Below are positions 14,053 to 26,029 of a stretch of 64,000 nt of DNA, piece after piece (position 1 is the first letter of the stretch; each line of letters opens with the position of its first letter). The stretch is from the human T2T-CHM13v2.0 reference genome, Homo sapiens. The stretch lies in the NCBI RefSeq assembly GCF_009914755.1, contig NC_060928.1; one strand, given 5' to 3'. The position numbers and the translations under genes were made by a program. The notes under the pieces were generated by a model. That model ran no database searches. It was given only the letters and a program-made list of their open reading frames with translations, and had not been told where the DNA came from.

Positions 14053-14922
14053 GAGTGAGAGTGTGTGCGTGTGAGGGTGTGTGTGAGGGTGTCAGTGTGT
14101 GAGGATGTGTGTGAAGGTATGTGAGGGTGTATCTGTGAGGGTATGTGTTGTGCAAGGGTGTGTGTGTGAGGGTGCGAGGGTGTGTGTGAGGGTGTGTGTG
14201 AGGGTGTGTGTGAGGGTGCGAGGATCAGTGTGTGTGAGGGTGTGTTGTGAGGGTTTGTGTGAGGGTGTGTGTGATGTGAGGGTTGGTGTGAGGGTGTGAG
14301 GGTGTGTGTGAGGGTGCGAGGATGTCGTGAGGGGGTGTGTGTGAATGTGAGAGTGAGGGTGTGTCAGTGTGGGAGTGAGGCTGAGTGTGAGGGTGAGGGT
14401 GTGTGTGAGGGTGTGTGTGAGGCTGTGTGAGGGTGAGGGTGCGAGGATGTCTGTGTGAGGGTGTGTGTGAAGATGTGAGGGTGTGAGTTAGGGTGTGTGT
14501 GAGGGTGTGTGTGAATGTGAGAGTGAGGGTGTGTCAGTGTGTTTGAGTGTGAGACTGAGTGTGAGGGTGTGTGTGTGCGAGGGTGTGTGAGTGTGTGAGA
14601 GCATGTGTGCATCAGTGTGAGTGTGCATGGCAAGGCCATTTGGAACGCGAAGGGGTGTGTGTGCACGTGCCAGTGTGTGAAGGCATGTGTGTGAGGGTGT
14701 GTATATGTGTGAGAGTGTGCACGTCTGTGAGTGCATGGCAAGGCCATTTGGAACGCGAGGGTGTATGTGTGTGTGTGTGAAATAGTGTGTGCGCATGTGT
14801 GAAGGCGTGTGTATGTGAGTGTGTGTGTGAGAGTGCGCATCAGTGAGTGTGGGGGTGTGTGTGCGCGAGGGCGTGTGTGTGAGTGTGCGTCAGTGAGTGT
14901 GCATGGCAAGGCTGTTTGGAAC
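14053..14922 (+). repeat. Complex (TG)n/TGAGGG array with three embedded GCATGGCAAGG...GGAAC units
   Basis: gtgtgagggt-type units throughout; embedded units at 14625-14650, 14733-14758 and 14901-14922. Confidence 0.95.
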
Positions 14923-17598
14923 TAGCAGTTCTGTCCCTCTTCTTACCCCATAAATCCTAGTGTTTTTGGAATTATTTCTGCAAAGTGGCATTATGTTAAA
15001 ATGGAAAAAGTGATCGGCGATTATAATTTTCTATTGTTTCCGTCATCAAAGAGCTTCAGCTGTTTTAAAGAGAAACCATTTTTAAAAATCCTGTTTCAGC
15101 TTGGCTCATGCTCTGTTTCTTTGACGTTCGTTTTGGGCTCCAGCCTCCCCGAGAGACCCCAGGCCTTGTGGTTAGTTGACTCCCGGTAAGGAGCCGCGGG
15201 GCCTGAACTGCTGCTTGTTGGCGGTGGGGAGAAGTGCAGCGGCAAGAGGCGAGACGGACAGGGGTGTGCGGGTTCTGCGTGTAGGAGAATCTGCTTGGGA
15301 AACCACAGCCCTGCCTGCCGTGGAGATGGACGCAGCGTCCCGCTCACCCGGCGCGCACTGCAGGGCTCCGTGCGGGAGTGAGGCGGCAGCGCGTGCACCT
15401 GCCGGCCCTCCTGGGTTGGGGCAGGCTTGGCGGGAACAGCCCAAAGACCAACAGTGGTTCCCAACAAGAGCTGGGAGGGAGTGGGGTCACCAGAGTGAAG
15501 GGAGGCAGACAGAACCCCTGGGACCCAGGGGTCAGGGACTGGAAGGAAGCTTGGTACTAGAAACCTGAGGGTGGCCTGGAGGGCTGGGAGGTACTTGAGG
15601 AGTGGGCGGGGGAAGCTGGGGAAGGGCAGTGCCGGGATGGGGAGGGCACAGGCCCCCCAGGCTTGCAGAAGCCATGCTGCCGGAGAGGCCGGGCACTGGG
15701 AGTCTGGGACTCTGCTCAGTCACATGGTCTGTGGTTTCAAACGCTTCCCTCTCCGATTCTGCACGTGTCTTGAGATGGCCAGGAACTGTATTTTATTCAT
15801 ATTTGTGCTTTTCTCTATTCACCAGGAAAATAAGCAGGATTTATCTTAGATGAATCTTGTAACTGTTTGTAAGGGTTGCTGTATAAGCCCTGGGGATGGC
15901 CTTGTCATCTCTTGAGTTCTGGCTTGGATGTCACCATCCGACACTAGCACCGCATCACTGGCTGCACGTCGGGGCTCCTGGGCTCGTTACGTCCATCTGC
16001 CGTAACTGTGACTTGGGGCCTCCGTGTCTGAGGGCAGCCCCTGCAGCCTGTGCTGAGCTTCCTGGCACTGGGCTCCTCTCACCCAGAGGCCCTGGCAGGG
16101 TGGGTGTATCCGCAGAACCTGCTCCTGCAGATGTCCCCATGGAGGTCGGGCCGCACTGTTCCTGAGCTGCGGTTCAGTAGAGCTGGGCCAGGCAACGTCC
16201 TGCCTTTGGGAGCTTGCCCTCTGCTTGGGAGAGTTGAACAAACAGCAGCAGCAGAAGACTGTCCAGGGGCTCGTGGCCCCCGGAAACGAGGCCAGGTGAT
16301 GTGGGGAGTGCCCGACGCTCAGAGGGAGCCAGGGCAGGTGTTGGGACACAGCCCAGGGCCTGGGGCAGCTGGGTGTCCCAGGGACAGAGGGAGGGAGAGC
16401 CGGGCTGACACCTGGACTTAGATATTTTAAGTGTGACAGAAGCTTTGGGTAAATTTATTGCCGGGAGCTGAAGGAGAGGGCGACTGCCCTGTGTGTGGCT
16501 TGGAGAATTTGGGGGCCTTGGCTGATTTCCCATCACCTGACTTGGCGGGCGCTGCCTGGGAGAGCCAGGGCCTGGCTGCTGCAGGAGGAAGCTTGGCACC
16601 TCTGCTTGGAAGGACCCTCCCCGTGGCGAGAGGAGGCTGGGCAGGGTGCGGGACCCAGAGGGGTGCACCCTACACAAGGCAGGCAGAATCCAGGTGGTCA
16701 CTGGATGGAGCCTCCTGCACCCAGGGCAGAAGCTGCACCTTTCCAGGGGAGCAGAAGGGGCATCCTGGGTGACAGGAGGATGAGGTGACGGCGGTTTGCA
16801 GGTTCCCCGGGAGCTGTTGGAGCCGGGAGCCTGGGCTGGAGCCTGGGAGAGACCTGCACTCAGGGACTGGGCAGAGAGGGGATGTTCAGGGCCAGGGATG
16901 GCAGACCGCAGTCCCCGGCCAGATCCACTGCCTGTTCTCGTAAATAGAGTCTCCCTGGGCTGCAGTTCCGTCTGCTGTTTTCATGCTACAGCGGCAGAGT
17001 GGGGTCGAGTGCGTGGTGTCGCCTGCACAGCGGGCAGTGCCTACTCTTGGCCCTTTACAGGGAGTCTGGAGGGAGGAGGGAGACAGGTGAGAGGAGGGAG
17101 GGAGGACAGGTCTTGAGGGAGGGAGGAGGGAGGGAGGTGGCAGGAGCTTTTGCGTCTGTCCCCAGTGAGTTGCCTTGATTCCATCTTGAGGCCTGTACTG
17201 TGATCTTGCCCATCCAGAGCTGTAAATCCCAGCAAAAACCGACGGAGCCCTGAGTCCGACCTAAGCCTTGGTGTGAGTCGGACACGGCCTTCTTGGCTGT
17301 TGGGTTGATAATGTTGGCTTCTTCCTGGCCTCCCACTCACCTCTGGGACGACGTGCCGCACGTCACATTGTGTAGGAATGAGATCCTCACAGGCCTTTCA
17401 GAATAAGCTCCTTTTACCCTGTCTCTTAGGTTTGCGACTTTGCTATTTTCAGAATTTAACTTAGAAATCTTTGCTTGTCTTGGTCTTTCACACACCAGTC
17501 TGCTTTTTAAACCCATTATATGGGAAATTTTCTGAACTGTCCTTAAGATCCTGTGAACTCCGGACATGTAATAGGATTCTTCAGTGCTTCAGGGCCTT

Positions 17599-17730
17599 CT
17601 CATTGAGTGAATGTTTGTTGAACACCTACTATGTGCCCGACATTATTTTGGCTCTGGGGAGGCAGTGGGGAACATGCTCAGTGTTGACCCCTCCCTGCCT
17701 TGTGGAGCTGGTCCTGGATGGGCTGCATGG
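17599..17730 (-). mobile_element. L2 3'-end fragment
   Basis: tgtttgttgaacacctactatgtgcc resembles the reverse complement of the L2 terminus. Confidence 0.65.
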
Positions 17731-20038
17731 GGCACCGTTGCGTGGGGCGTGCTCGAGGTGGAGACGGCTGTGAGCAGCTGCAGGCCAGGCAGTGGTGGGA
17801 CCTCATCTGGGGGGTGCTGGCCTGGGCAGCACCATGACCCACCCGAGAAGGGCAATGGGGAAGGAAGGCAGGCAGGCAGGACAGCCAGACTGTTAGGGGT
17901 TAGGGGTTAGGCACAGGGCTGGGGCGGGTGCTGGGCAGACTGCAAAGGGTCAGACTGGCATATGGCGGCCAGCTGTCTAGTTGGTTATGCGGGGTCAGGG
18001 GTGGAGGGCAGGAGGATGGGAGAGCCCAGCTGGGGGAGATTTGAGGGCCCTGCCCATAGAGGAGCCACACCTGGGCCTTTGGCTTGGCGACCAGAGGCCT
18101 CCAGGGTTAAGAGCAGGGAGAGAATCAGGGCCTGTGCTCATATCTGTGAGCTCTGCAGATGTCTCCCGGGCACAGTCAGCAGAGGCGCTCCTCCAGTTCC
18201 CGCCTCTCTGCCTCGCACGCCCTCCTAGCTGAGAGTGAGGTGGTCCGGCCCCATGAAGGAGGCAGCAGGGCTTGCGGCCGGGATCCACCAGGGCCGTCCC
18301 GGTTCCTGGGTGTTCCGCGCCCGTCTCCTTTCTGCTGTTGAGAAACCTTCAGGAGAGAGTGCTTCTGTTCCCTCCAGGTCGAGCTGTGCGCCAGGCATGG
18401 CCGGAAAGCTCAGGAGGCCCTGGTTAGGCTGGGGCATCACGGGATGTGTCCTCTAGCAGAGACTGGTGTGGGTGGGCGCAGGAACTGGTGAGAGAGGCCT
18501 GGGAGACAGGTGAGCCTGTAAGGAGGCCCAGAGTCAAGGAGGAGCTCTTTGGCAGGTCCTGGAGACCCTGGGTCACCCACAGGCCCCTTTGCCTTCACTG
18601 GAACTTTCCAGTTAGCCAGGCCTCTCCTGGCCCCAGGACATAGCCCACGTGGGTCCTCACCTCTGCCCGGCTCAGCTCCTCCCCGCCCAGAATGCCCTCT
18701 GCCCCGCCACCCCCATCATCCCTGCTGCCCTGGCTGGACCCAGAGCTCCCATCTGCGAACTCCTCCAATCTAGCCCTGCCCCCCTGCTCACCCTGGGTTT
18801 CCAGCTCAGGACAGACCCCTGGGGAGGTGAGGGGCTCCCTCTGGGTACTCAGGAAGCATGTCCTGTTGTCCAGCTGGGCGGTGATATGCAGGCCTGAGTC
18901 CCCGCTGCACCACAGCTGCCTCCAGGCTCACATGCCCACTTGCCGAGCTCACCACACGGGGGCTTCGCCTTCTCTGGGATCCGCGGTGGGCCTGCGTTGG
19001 AGGGCTGAGAACGGCTCGCCCTTTCCGAGCTAGCACTCTGCCCACTTTCTCTTCACGCCCCGTCCTGGTGAGGCGGTGCCTGTGCAGCGCATGATCGGGT
19101 GCTCCCGCCTTGCGGTGCTTTCTTCCTGTGCCCAGACTGGCCATGCATGTGTTGGTGAAGGGCTGTGCTGGGCTTCCCGGGCCCGGGGTCTGAACCCGAC
19201 TCCCACCAGGCACTGAGTAAACACATCCATCCAAACAAGGGAGGTGGAGCACGAAGCAGGGGCAATGGGCTGGGGCCCAGAATCTTCTGGGGATGTGGCT
19301 GTCAGCAGCTCCTGGACCTCTGACCATGTGGCAGGGGGCTCATCCCCGTCTCCCCAGGGCACTTGCTGCTGGGGCCCTCAGGCGGTCACAGGAGTTCTCC
19401 CAGGCGTGTTCTGGCCCTGCCCCATCCCTTTCCTCACCCATCTGCAGAGGGGAGTTACTGGCTAGGCAGGGGAGGTCAGCAGCTGCAGGAAAGGACAGGC
19501 TCCCACAAAAGAGGAGATGGGGGGAGCCTAGAGAGAGACAGGAGAACCCGGAGGCCCTGTTGTTGGAGGCCCTGTTGTTAGTGACCGGACAGCAACAGGC
19601 GGACCCCTAGCAGCCTGGGCTGCTTTGTGGGCTCTGCGAATAAACCACGTAGACAATGTGAAATTGTGTTTCTTCCTTTCCGTCCTCGATGGAACACAAT
19701 GGGATGAAGATGTTTCTGTCTGAAAGAACTGAGGTGAAATCAGTTTAGCACTTAGGTGATAACCCCTCAGCAGAAGGCCCCACGCATGCCCAGGCTGCCT
19801 TCGGTTCTCAGGCGCTGGTGGCTGTTCCCAGGGTCTGGGGGCCCTGGGGGGCCAGGATGCTGTTGTCCTCTGCTCCCGCCTGGAGACCACTGTCTCCTCC
19901 AAAGCTCTGTAAACTGTCAGTAGTGCAGGCCCCTCAGAAGCCAATGAGGTTAACGGGCAGGTCAGCGTCAGGGGCTCACCCAGCCACCCCAGAACCCCTT
20001 GCTGTTGTTCCAGAACCTTCAGATTGCTTTCTCTGAAA

Positions 20039-20505
20039 GTGTGCCTGTGTGTGTGCCTGTGTGTGTGTGCACCTGTGTGTGTGCGTGCCTGTGTGTGGGT
20101 GCCTGTGTGTGTGGGGTGCCTGTGTGTGTGTGAGTGCCTGTGTGTGTGTGGGTGCCTGTGTGTGTGCCTGTGTGTGTGGGGGGTGCCTTTGTGTGTGGGG
20201 GTGCCTGTGTGTGAGGTGCCTGTGTGTGTGTGGGTGCCTGTGTGTGTGTGGGGTACGTGTGTGTGTGGGGTACGTGTGTGGGGTGCATGTGTGTGTGTGT
20301 GGGGTGCCTGTGTGTGTGCCTGTGTGTGTGTGGGTACCTGTGTGTGGGGGGGTACATGTGTGTGTGGGGTACGTGTGTGGGGTGCATGTGTGTGTAGGGG
20401 GGGTGCCTGTGTGTGTGGGGGTGCCTGTGTGTGTTGGGGGGTGCCTGTGTGTGTTGGGGGGTGCCTGTGTGTGTTGGGGGGTGCCTGTGTGTGTGTGGTG
20501 GGGTG
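20039..20505 (+). repeat. VNTR/low-complexity array of GTGCCTGTGTGT(G)n units
   Basis: Recurrent gtgcctgtgtgtgt-gggg units of variable length. Confidence 0.95.
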
Positions 20506-21599
20506 GATGCTGACGGGAAGGCAGGGGACGAGGATGCTGGTTTTGTCTGAGAGATGTGGCTTAGCCCAGGAATGGTGATGTGGTCTGGTCTATACGTGCT
20601 CCGCCTTCTGTCATACTGCCTGCCATGCCTGTCGTACCTAATGTAGACCCTCTGGCCCAGAGCCCAGGGGAAGTGGGTGGGGCCATGGTAGGTAGAGGCG
20701 GGGCCCTGTCGAGGAACAGGGCTTCTGAGGCCACTCCAGACCTATGGGGCTGACCGGGGGTCCCGGTAGCTTGGGCGGGAGCCCCTTCCTGGGCTGGTGA
20801 CAGAAGTGGAGGTGGCACCCCTTTCAGCGAGGAGCAGCTGTGCAGAGGGAGGTGTGGCTGCCTTGGAGTGATTCCTCTGCTTGCTGGGGGTGTGGCTGGG
20901 CGCCTGCCCCAGGCCCCTGCAGACTCCCCCACACTTTTGTTACGTGCACAGCTCCTGAGAAAAGCCTTCTAAGGAAGCTTGAGCTGCTGCGCATTCTGCA
21001 AGCAGCCATTGTGCATTTCTGAAACGAAGTGTGTGTCCAGTGCTGTGGGTTCTGCTCACTGAACACTCTCGTGCGGGGAATGCTCATGTTCCTCCACAGA
21101 AAGGCAGAAGCAGAGCTGGCACAGTTCCTTCCCAGCTGGCAGCCCAACCCCAGACCCCAGAGCCATGGACCTAGCCTGGTGGCCCTGTGGGCATTGAGTT
21201 TGCAGTTCCTGGCAAGAAGCTTCCCCAGGTCTAATGGCGAAGCTTCCCTCAACCTAACGTTTCAGGGTTAGGACTCCTAGAGCCCATTAGGACGAGACTC
21301 TAGGTGGCCCATGCTGCATGATTTTGACAGCAGGGAAGCACTTTGGGATGAGCAGTTTACCCCTAAATCTCTAGAAAATTAACAGATGATTTTGCAGTGA
21401 TCCCTAGGCTTTACAAATAGTTTTCTTTTTCTTTCCTCCTTCCTTTTTAGAGCCAGGATCCATCATGGTTCACTCGCTTTCTGGTTGTTTCATATATTTG
21501 GAGGGTGGGCAGAGCAGATCACGGAATACAGATAGCACTGAGAGGGCTTTAGGCGTGTGCCAGATCCCGCTGGCTGCCACCCAGTAAGCTGGTGCATGT

Positions 21600-21996
21600 G
21601 GAGGCTTAGAATAGATTCATTGGCAGCTGTAATTAAGGTTGTGAACTGCACCACGATGCTAAAAAAAACAAATTCTCTGCAGCTGTTTTACTGACTGAGA
21701 AATTACCCCTGTCGGCCGAAGTTTTATTCTTCTGATTTGGTAGAGGAAATAGTTTAAAAATGATCTCACAGCGTGATTTATGTAAACGGCGCTTCTTTCT
21801 TTGGATGAGACAATTGAGATAGAGTCTGAAACCCTGGCAAGCCACAGCTTCCTGCAGTGTCCTGTTGCCATGGGTTACGAAGGGAGCGAGAGGGAACTTC
21901 ATCGGAAATGCCTTTAAACTTTTCTCACACGCACAAGCTGCGGTGTTGAATGGTGTGTCTTAGACCCGGGTGCCTAGTGTGGCTCGGTGCCTTACA
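21600..21996 (+). promoter_or_regulatory. RGS12: Internal RGS12 promoter and 5' UTR of the alternative first exon
   Basis: Repeat-free sequence upstream of the coding start, with no obvious acceptor serving the exon. Motifs: TAATTA, TGATTTATG (21774-21782), RFX-like GTTGCCATGG (21864-21873). The TSS cannot be determined from sequence. Confidence 0.6.
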
Positions 21997-22050
21997 ATGA
22001 ATTTGGGGAAAGAGTTGTCAAACGAAACCCATGTTTCTAATGACCAGCAG
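21997..22050 (+). CDS. RGS12: RGS12 alternative first coding exon (short, PDZ/PTB-less isoform N-terminus MNLGKELSNETHVSNDQQ)
   Basis: acaATG start, 18 codons, consensus phase-0 donor CAG|GTAAGT at 22050/22051; peptide recognised from memory of RGS12. Confidence 0.9.
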
Positions 22051-25000
22051 GTAAGTAGTTCCGGCTTTTTCTTTTCATTTAATCAGTGGTAGGAAAGCGT
22101 GGCACCCTGGCTATCCTGTTTTAGCGAGTGGCAGCTGTGGGACCTGCAAATGCTTGTAAGGATAAGCTTTGGAAATGGTTTTCATGTGTCTGCACCACAG
22201 CTCAAAGCGAGTGCTGCGGGGGCTCAGCCCAGGCTCTGGGACCGCAGCACGTCCCGGGCCCGACACACCCGGCCGCCGGCCTCAACCCCTCGGGAGCCCA
22301 AGCTGCCAGGTTTTAAGTCAGAACTTACGGAAAGCGTCAGATGTTTTTCCTTTACCGTGGTAATTCTCATAGATTTGAAAGATGTGAGTGAATTGATTTT
22401 GTTGAAATATTAATTTTAGGCTAGATAAATACATTAAAATCTTAGGCTCTTTAAATGATGGTAGCTTAACATTTCTAAATATGATGAGTTGATTTGGCTA
22501 TTGTGCATATAGATAGCTACTATAGATCATATTGGTGATTACTATATAAGCTTATGAAGTTGAAGTTACTCTAAAATGGCTTTTTAAAAGATTTGAGATG
22601 AAATAAAAATAATTTCTATTTTCCTCTTAAGGCTGTGTTGGTGCAAAGATAAAAATAAATTTAAATTATGTACAGAAGTCTTAGTAATTACTGGGCACTG
22701 ATTTCGAATTCATTCTTTTCTGGGAATTGTATAATCTTAATGTTTTTCTAATATCTAATTAAAGTCTTCTGTAGAGAAGCGAAGGACAAACTACTAGTTT
22801 AGAGATGAGGGGCATGGAGGGGTTGGGAACAGGAAAATGAGCCGCGTCCTTCCTTTTAAGTGGGAAATAGACATGGGTCTGCTGGGCAGGGCCAGCATGA
22901 GCCTGATGAAATCAACCGGCTTTCTGTGCACGTGGAAAGCTGCTTGGAAGGTGAAGCTGCGTGAGGCTCGGGGAGCAGCTCTGGTCTTCTTTGGGGCGTG
23001 CCTGCCGCGGGCCGCCTCTGGCTGTCTTGGGGCAGGGGGAATGTGTTCCTGTAACCTCTGTTTCATATCCTGCGTCGGAAAGTGAATTTTGGAGCTGTCG
23101 TGGGTTTAATGGGCCAGTTAATCAGTTAGCCATTTGTACTTATTTGTAGGCAGCACTTTCATCTCAGTGTATATCCAGGCAAGGTGTAGAAAATTTTGTT
23201 TTTTTATTCCGAGTAAAGTCATTAAAAACCTGCCTTTGTAAGTATCTGTTTACATGATTTGGACTTCCTTTTGAAGCTCTTGCAAATGCTTACACTGGCA
23301 GATAAGTTGTTCACGGGAGTGTATTGGAATCTGGCTGATGTGGTCGTCAGGCATCAGAAGTGAGCGGCTCCCCCTCTCGCAGTCAGAGGCACAGCGGGTG
23401 GGTGGGCGTCTCTGCTGCAGCTCTGCCTGGCTGGGTCCTGGCCAGCAGACGAGGGGCTGGAAAGCCTCTGGGGTCGGCAGAATTGCTTCTCCTTCTAAGC
23501 TTCAGGTAGTTGTTCTAAAAAATGGGAGGGTCAGGGAATGCTGGGGTGCCGCCGTCCGTGTCCGCAGCAGCGCTCTTTTGGAGTTCCGTGTGTCTCCAGC
23601 TCCCCTCATCTTGAGGGGGAGGATGCCCCCGCCTTTCTAGGAGCTGTTGCCCGACTCCATTCAAAGAGCACGCGGGGGAGCTGCCGGGATTTCCACTTGG
23701 AGAGAATGGAGGCTCTGGCTGGCCAGATCAGTCGATGCCTGGTTCCCTGGCTTTGGCAGGCCGGGAAGATGCCCGTGCCTGTCACCTAATCGGGGCACCT
23801 CATCCTGTTTCATAAACCATGTGGCGTCAGGTGTTGCAGGCTCTGACACTAGTTAGATGCTGAGAGGAGGCACGGAGACCCCAGCCCCAAAGAAATAGGA
23901 ATTGCCTGGAGGAAGAGAGCCCTTGTGGTCTGTCTGCGCACCCCTCCCAGGGTGCCCTGCTGTGGGGTGGCCGCTCTGGGCTGGGGGGCTGCTGCAGCCC
24001 TGGGCAGCCCAGCTTGAGCCTCCCTGGCAGGCAGCGGCCGTTCAGCCAGCCTGTGGCTGTCACAGGGTCCTGGGTGGGACTTTCCGGGGCAGTTCCACCT
24101 CTCCTGTGAGTTGTGGGAACAAGTCCCCACTGCAAGTGAGTGCCCAGGTGAAGGCCCTGCTGGCGCACGGCTGGACGAGCATGACAGTTGTCGCGGAGCC
24201 GCCCGAGCTGTTGGCTTCCCCGATGTTCCCCCTGTGCTCGAGCTAGGGGTTTGACTTTAGTCCTCAGCTGTCAGAGGCCGCCTCGGGTGCATCCACGCTG
24301 GCCCCCCCAGGTGTGCCCTGTGTGGCCGGCATGGAGGTGGCGGCGGCCATCAGGGTGTGGTTTTGTGACGTCTCAGGGTGTCCTTTCTTTCCTTCATGAG
24401 AAGAAGTTCTGCAGTGTCAGACACTTGGCAGAAACTTTGTTTCTCAAGGCAAAGCCCTTTAGAGACTTGGGAGCACATGAGGTGCGGTGTAGATTTGTCT
24501 TCATTTCTCTCAGCACGGGGTTGTCTTCAGGCTGCCAGAGTGTGACAGAAAGAACTTTCTAGAGACCACAGGGCTTCTCTCCCCTTCAGGCATTGACGTT
24601 CTGTTTAATATTTTAAAAATCTTTAAAAAGGGTTGCACTGTTTAAAAACGTGGAATATTCTCTTGTAGGCAGTGTGGAGGCCATGGTCGCTGAGGAAGGG
24701 CAGGAGGGAGGAGGCGTGGGAGCTGGTGCAGTCTGCGGCCCGGCGTGGCTGCGGTCACACAGAGGATGCGGTGAGACCTGGCAGCGAGGCTCGAGGCAGA
24801 CAGACGCTCATGCAGGGCAGAGGGCAGGACCCGTGTTGGAGCCTGGGGAAGTGAAAGGATAATGAGGAAGACGGAGTGTGGTCACGAGGGGGCGGTGGCC
24901 GCTGGCGACACGCAGCAGTCACTCTGGCTGCAGCCTTGGGCCCCATGCCATTTGACTGGAACCTTCACTCTTCCCTCGCGAGTCTACCACGGGCGGGCCA

Positions 25001-26029
25001 GCTGGGCCAGGCTCCAGGGTCCCCCGACAGAGAGTCCCAGCCCCTGCGGGACCAGGTTGTGTTAGGGCCTGAGGCTGGTGGCAGTGGTGCATGGCTGATG
25101 GCCGCCGCAGGACACAAGAGGGTTTCGGGGGCGTGCCTGGGCTGACGTGTCTGTGGACACCTCTGCTGGGTCATTTCTGAGTCTCTGTAGCATGAGCTTG
25201 GTGGGCCATCCGGGAAGGTGTTCGCATTTCACCGTGTCTCTTTTCCAGCCTGGATTAACCCAGTCTCTCTCATCAGTGTCACTGACCGCGTCTCTTAAAT
25301 GGCCCTCGTGTGCCCATGCTCCTTTGGGACCCCGAAGTGCAGTGCTGACTGGTGCTGGGATCGCAGGGCGTGCACACCCTGTGTGCTGTGGCCGTGTGCC
25401 TGGCCTCTGCCCGCCTGTGTCCTGCTGTATCGGTCAGCTTACCTTTCGCCCCAGACCTCTGTTGCCCTGAGCCTGGTGCAGGAGGGCCTGGAGTCTGTGC
25501 CGGCGAGCATCAGCGCGTCCCACTTCAGATGCTGGTTGCAGATTCTTCTCTCGTTTTCTGACACTCTGAGTCTCGTCATCTATATAAGGAAAGATCCAAG
25601 TATATTTGAGAAAAACTGTTTTAATACATTTCTATTTTCACCTCTTCCCCCTTCTTTTCATTAAGAAATTGGACACCTTGTGCTGTAAGCTGTCCGTCCA
25701 TGTTACATAGTCAGAGGTGTATCCTTCTCGGGCCAAAAACCCCCAGCCCTTTCCCCTGGGTCCTGAGGAAGAAGGCAGCGAGCCCGCTTGGCGAGGCCCT
25801 TGAGCACTCAGCACCTTCTCCTACCATGTCCCACGCGGCTCTGTGAACGCAGGCATCCCTGTCTCCGTTGGGCGGATGTGGAGGCTGGTTGAGGTTCCTT
25901 GCAACGCTTGCCATCCTACGCATGATGCAGGGACCCCGGCCCTCCGCAGACAGCAGGAGCTGCCGAGCTCCGAGTGCTGGGCCAGCTTGCCTTGGGCTTC
26001 TGCAGCAGCGCCCTCCGGGTTCCCCTCCT

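Noticed and set aside
14625-14922. Repeat-spacer pattern (three GCATGGCAAGG...GGAAC units) resembling a CRISPR array
   Set aside because: Eukaryotic context; the spacers are TG low-complexity sequence of unequal length; no cas genes.
17892-17910. TTAGGGG repeats as an interstitial telomere
   Set aside because: Only about 2.5 non-canonical units; expected by chance in G-rich DNA.
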